In this document: piece after piece, positions 61,702-64,000 of the stretch
How positions within the stretch are numbered: position 1 is the stretch's first letter
Layout: every line of letters starts with the position of its first letter
NCBI GenBank assembly: GCA_010909165.1
Contig: VJWM01000126.1
Coordinates: 769,703-833,702, forward strand
Origin: Anthoceros angustus
Taxonomy: Eukaryota; Plantae; Anthocerotophyta
Direction: 5' to 3'
DNA length: 64,000 bases
Notes under the pieces: generated by a model
What the model saw: the letters and a program-made list of their open reading frames with translations, nothing else
The model's database searches: none
Told to the model about the DNA's origin: nothing
Translations under genes and position numbers: made by a program

Positions 61702-64000
61702 CCGATGCCACTCTTCTTCATCGCCGCTGGCATCGATGGGGCGTTCCGCCTGCTGGCTCGAGCCCCTGGTCCTCCACGCTGGAACTGGGCCCAGCATCAT
61801 GGTGAGCCTGGCGGTTCCTCCTCGCCTTCTTCCTCCACCGATCGCCTCCCGCCTCCTCGTCCCCCAACTCCCGCCACCTTCAAGACCCCAACCCCGCCAG
61901 ACATTCTGGCCCGCCTCCGCCTCCCATCTCCCTGTAGCTGGATGGGGCATGTTCTCATCTTCATCCTCTTCCTCCTCCCTCAACAAAGACCCGGAAAGGC
62001 AGGGCGGTTGAAGCGTTGTACCTGGCCTCCAATATTTGCCCACCCAGATGGACGCCTCATCTCCGACCTCCTTCTTCAAGCTAGCATTTGGCGATCGGAA
62101 GGACCCACAATTCAGCCGCCCACCCATACTGACCCGGGAGCTCGATTTCGCCTGGTATGCTACCACTCTTGCATCTGACGCCCCGCCGGCTACTCAAGTT
62201 TACGAGGCTAAGCTTCAATGTTCCTCTCGTGGTTCTCACTGGAAGGAGCAAATTCCACCATACAATGTGGGGAGGAGGATGGAAGGAATCGCTCGGCCTA
62301 ATCTTGCAACGTGTTAGAGGGGGCCTCGTAGCTAGGGTATGTAGGTGCTCTTCATTTGCCTTCACGCAATTCCGAGTCTTACCCAGCCTATGACTTGGTG
62401 GTGGAGATACTTGCTACATACTTTGTATATTATAAAGGTGTCGCCCATCCTCCTTTGTCCGACAAGGCTCCATCTTGTTGTTGGCAAGCCCGCCTATCGC
62501 CGGTCGCAGAATCGAGACTCATTGATCATTATAGTCCCGGTACAATTGAGGAGGCGATAAAATGCAAAGATATCTCCGCCTTTTCCTGCGCCTTTGGATG
62601 AACATATTCTTTTAGTGTTCAACCATATCTTGGTCCGCAGCTTAACAATAGGATAATTCCTTGTATTCTAGCCGAGTCTGGGCCAGAATTGTAAACAACG
62701 ATAGCCGAAAAGGTCGTGGAGTTGTTTCAGATGAGCTGAAAAGGATTCAGATGGCGCTGCCTCGTGGATGGCCGCGCGATGTGGTGGTGGGGCAAGTAGC
62801 TATGGACAAGCCATGGAATGCAACAGCCCGGACTGATGTGAGAAGGTCAAGGCAGAGCGCAAGAGGCAAAGCGGCAAGGCATGGAATCCTCGATATTTCG
62901 CGGCCGTATGAGATGTTTGTGCCGGAATGTTGTGGCCTGTCGATGTTAGTGGGAACACTACAGAATCTCCAATGGTGTAGTTGTCCTCGAGTGGGAGGAC
63001 TGGAATCGTTCTTGTGAGTGGTTAAGGACTCCGTCGGAGAAGCGGGCATGCATTAGTCCCTAGGCCTACTTTCTTCAGTAAGCATTATGGTGGAAGTGTT
63101 TAGACAAGGTTGATCCACATCCAGGAGCACAACAGCGCATGGAAGCCTGCGTCATGTGTCTCCGAGTTTACAAGACACTTCAAACATCGTCGTCCACGCT
63201 TTACATCACTATACATTCTCTCACGGTTTACCGAGCGGAGTTCGAGGTGCAAAGTCTTGGTGGAGTGTCAACTCGTGAAAGCATGGAACCATCCTCACGA
63301 GGTGGAGGGAGTAGAGGTGGCCGGAAAAGAGGTAGGAGTGCGGAGGGGAACGGGCGAATCGCCCAAGCGGGGGTTTTCTTCACGATCCTCTTTTCCAAGC
63401 TGCCACCGGTGTGTTCATTCCATGAGAGAGGGTCATGTGGCCCAAGGAAGGTCTGTGTGGCCCAAGGGAAAAGTGCATGTGGCCCGTGAGGCGAGAGTTC
63501 ATTGGGAAGGGAAAGGTTCCGGAGTAGTTGTGTCTTGTGGGAGGGATTGTGAGGAGAGTGAGGGAAAATCGGAAGCGTGGGGGAGTGGGCGTGTGGTAGG
63601 ATCGCGAAATTCCAGTAAGGTGAGGCGTATATAGGTGTCCAGGCCCCTAGGTCCGTGTTAGAGAAGTCGGTGTGGTAGACTCATGAGGCGGGCGTGGGAC
63701 CCGCCACGTGGCGCCACCCGGTGGCCGAGTCTACCACAGTGGTGGGTTTGGTGGTATGGAGAAGGTGGGTAGTGGCGCGGGTAGGTCTAGAATCCATAGA
63801 TTTAGCACACCTTGACACAACACCATTCCCTTGGGATCGAATCCTAGGACTATAACGACATAGAGGGTAAATGTGGCCTCTTTGTCTTGGATGCAAAACC
63901 CATTCCACACCATATGAGCTCCCTTCCGTAGGTGCTCAGTCCATCGATGGGGCCTCACTTCTGTGGGTGCTCCTCCAGGCTGCACGTCGGGAGTAGTCGG

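Larger units (their letters stand above)
56350..62640 (+). mobile_element. Degenerate coding-like host sequence interrupted by the second Copia (56350-56858 and 61702-62640), possibly a non-LTR element remnant
   Basis: Reading PGPAPGALD|ATLLH continues across the insertion; no diagnostic motif recognised. Confidence 0.25.

Overview
Eukaryotic plant nuclear DNA. The short (about 70-130 bp) GT-AG introns and a GRV2/RME-8 gene of land-plant type suggest a compact non-seed land-plant genome (hornwort- or lycophyte-like); this is inference only. The first 19 kb is a clean genic block with three genes: GRV2/RME-8 (DNAJC13), an inward-rectifier (Kir/KirBac-like) channel gene whose selectivity filter reads TTFGGS rather than T-x-G-Y-G, and a CW-zinc-finger + MBD gene. 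From about 19 kb onward is a nested transposon island with four notable parts. (1) A Ty3/Gypsy retrotransposon (minus strand, 24845-33564) whose pol carries a C5 DNA-methyltransferase domain between protease and RT and a PHD finger after integrase; its terminal repeats are arranged as split direct repeats (A-internal-B-A-B), like a circularly permuted 2-LTR circle. (2) At least four nested copies of an unclassified TIR element (AAC...GTT termini, 4-bp TSDs) with no recognisable transposase but a conserved divergent pair of unknown ORFs around a CpG-rich repeat array. (3) An intronless N-terminal-only SPT16 paralog split by a TG...TA Copia. (4) A young Copia whose LTRs carry three heat-shock elements. 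TE coding regions are full of small deletions while genes are clean, so many frameshifts may be long-read consensus errors; all TE protein calls are hand reconstructions across frameshifts.
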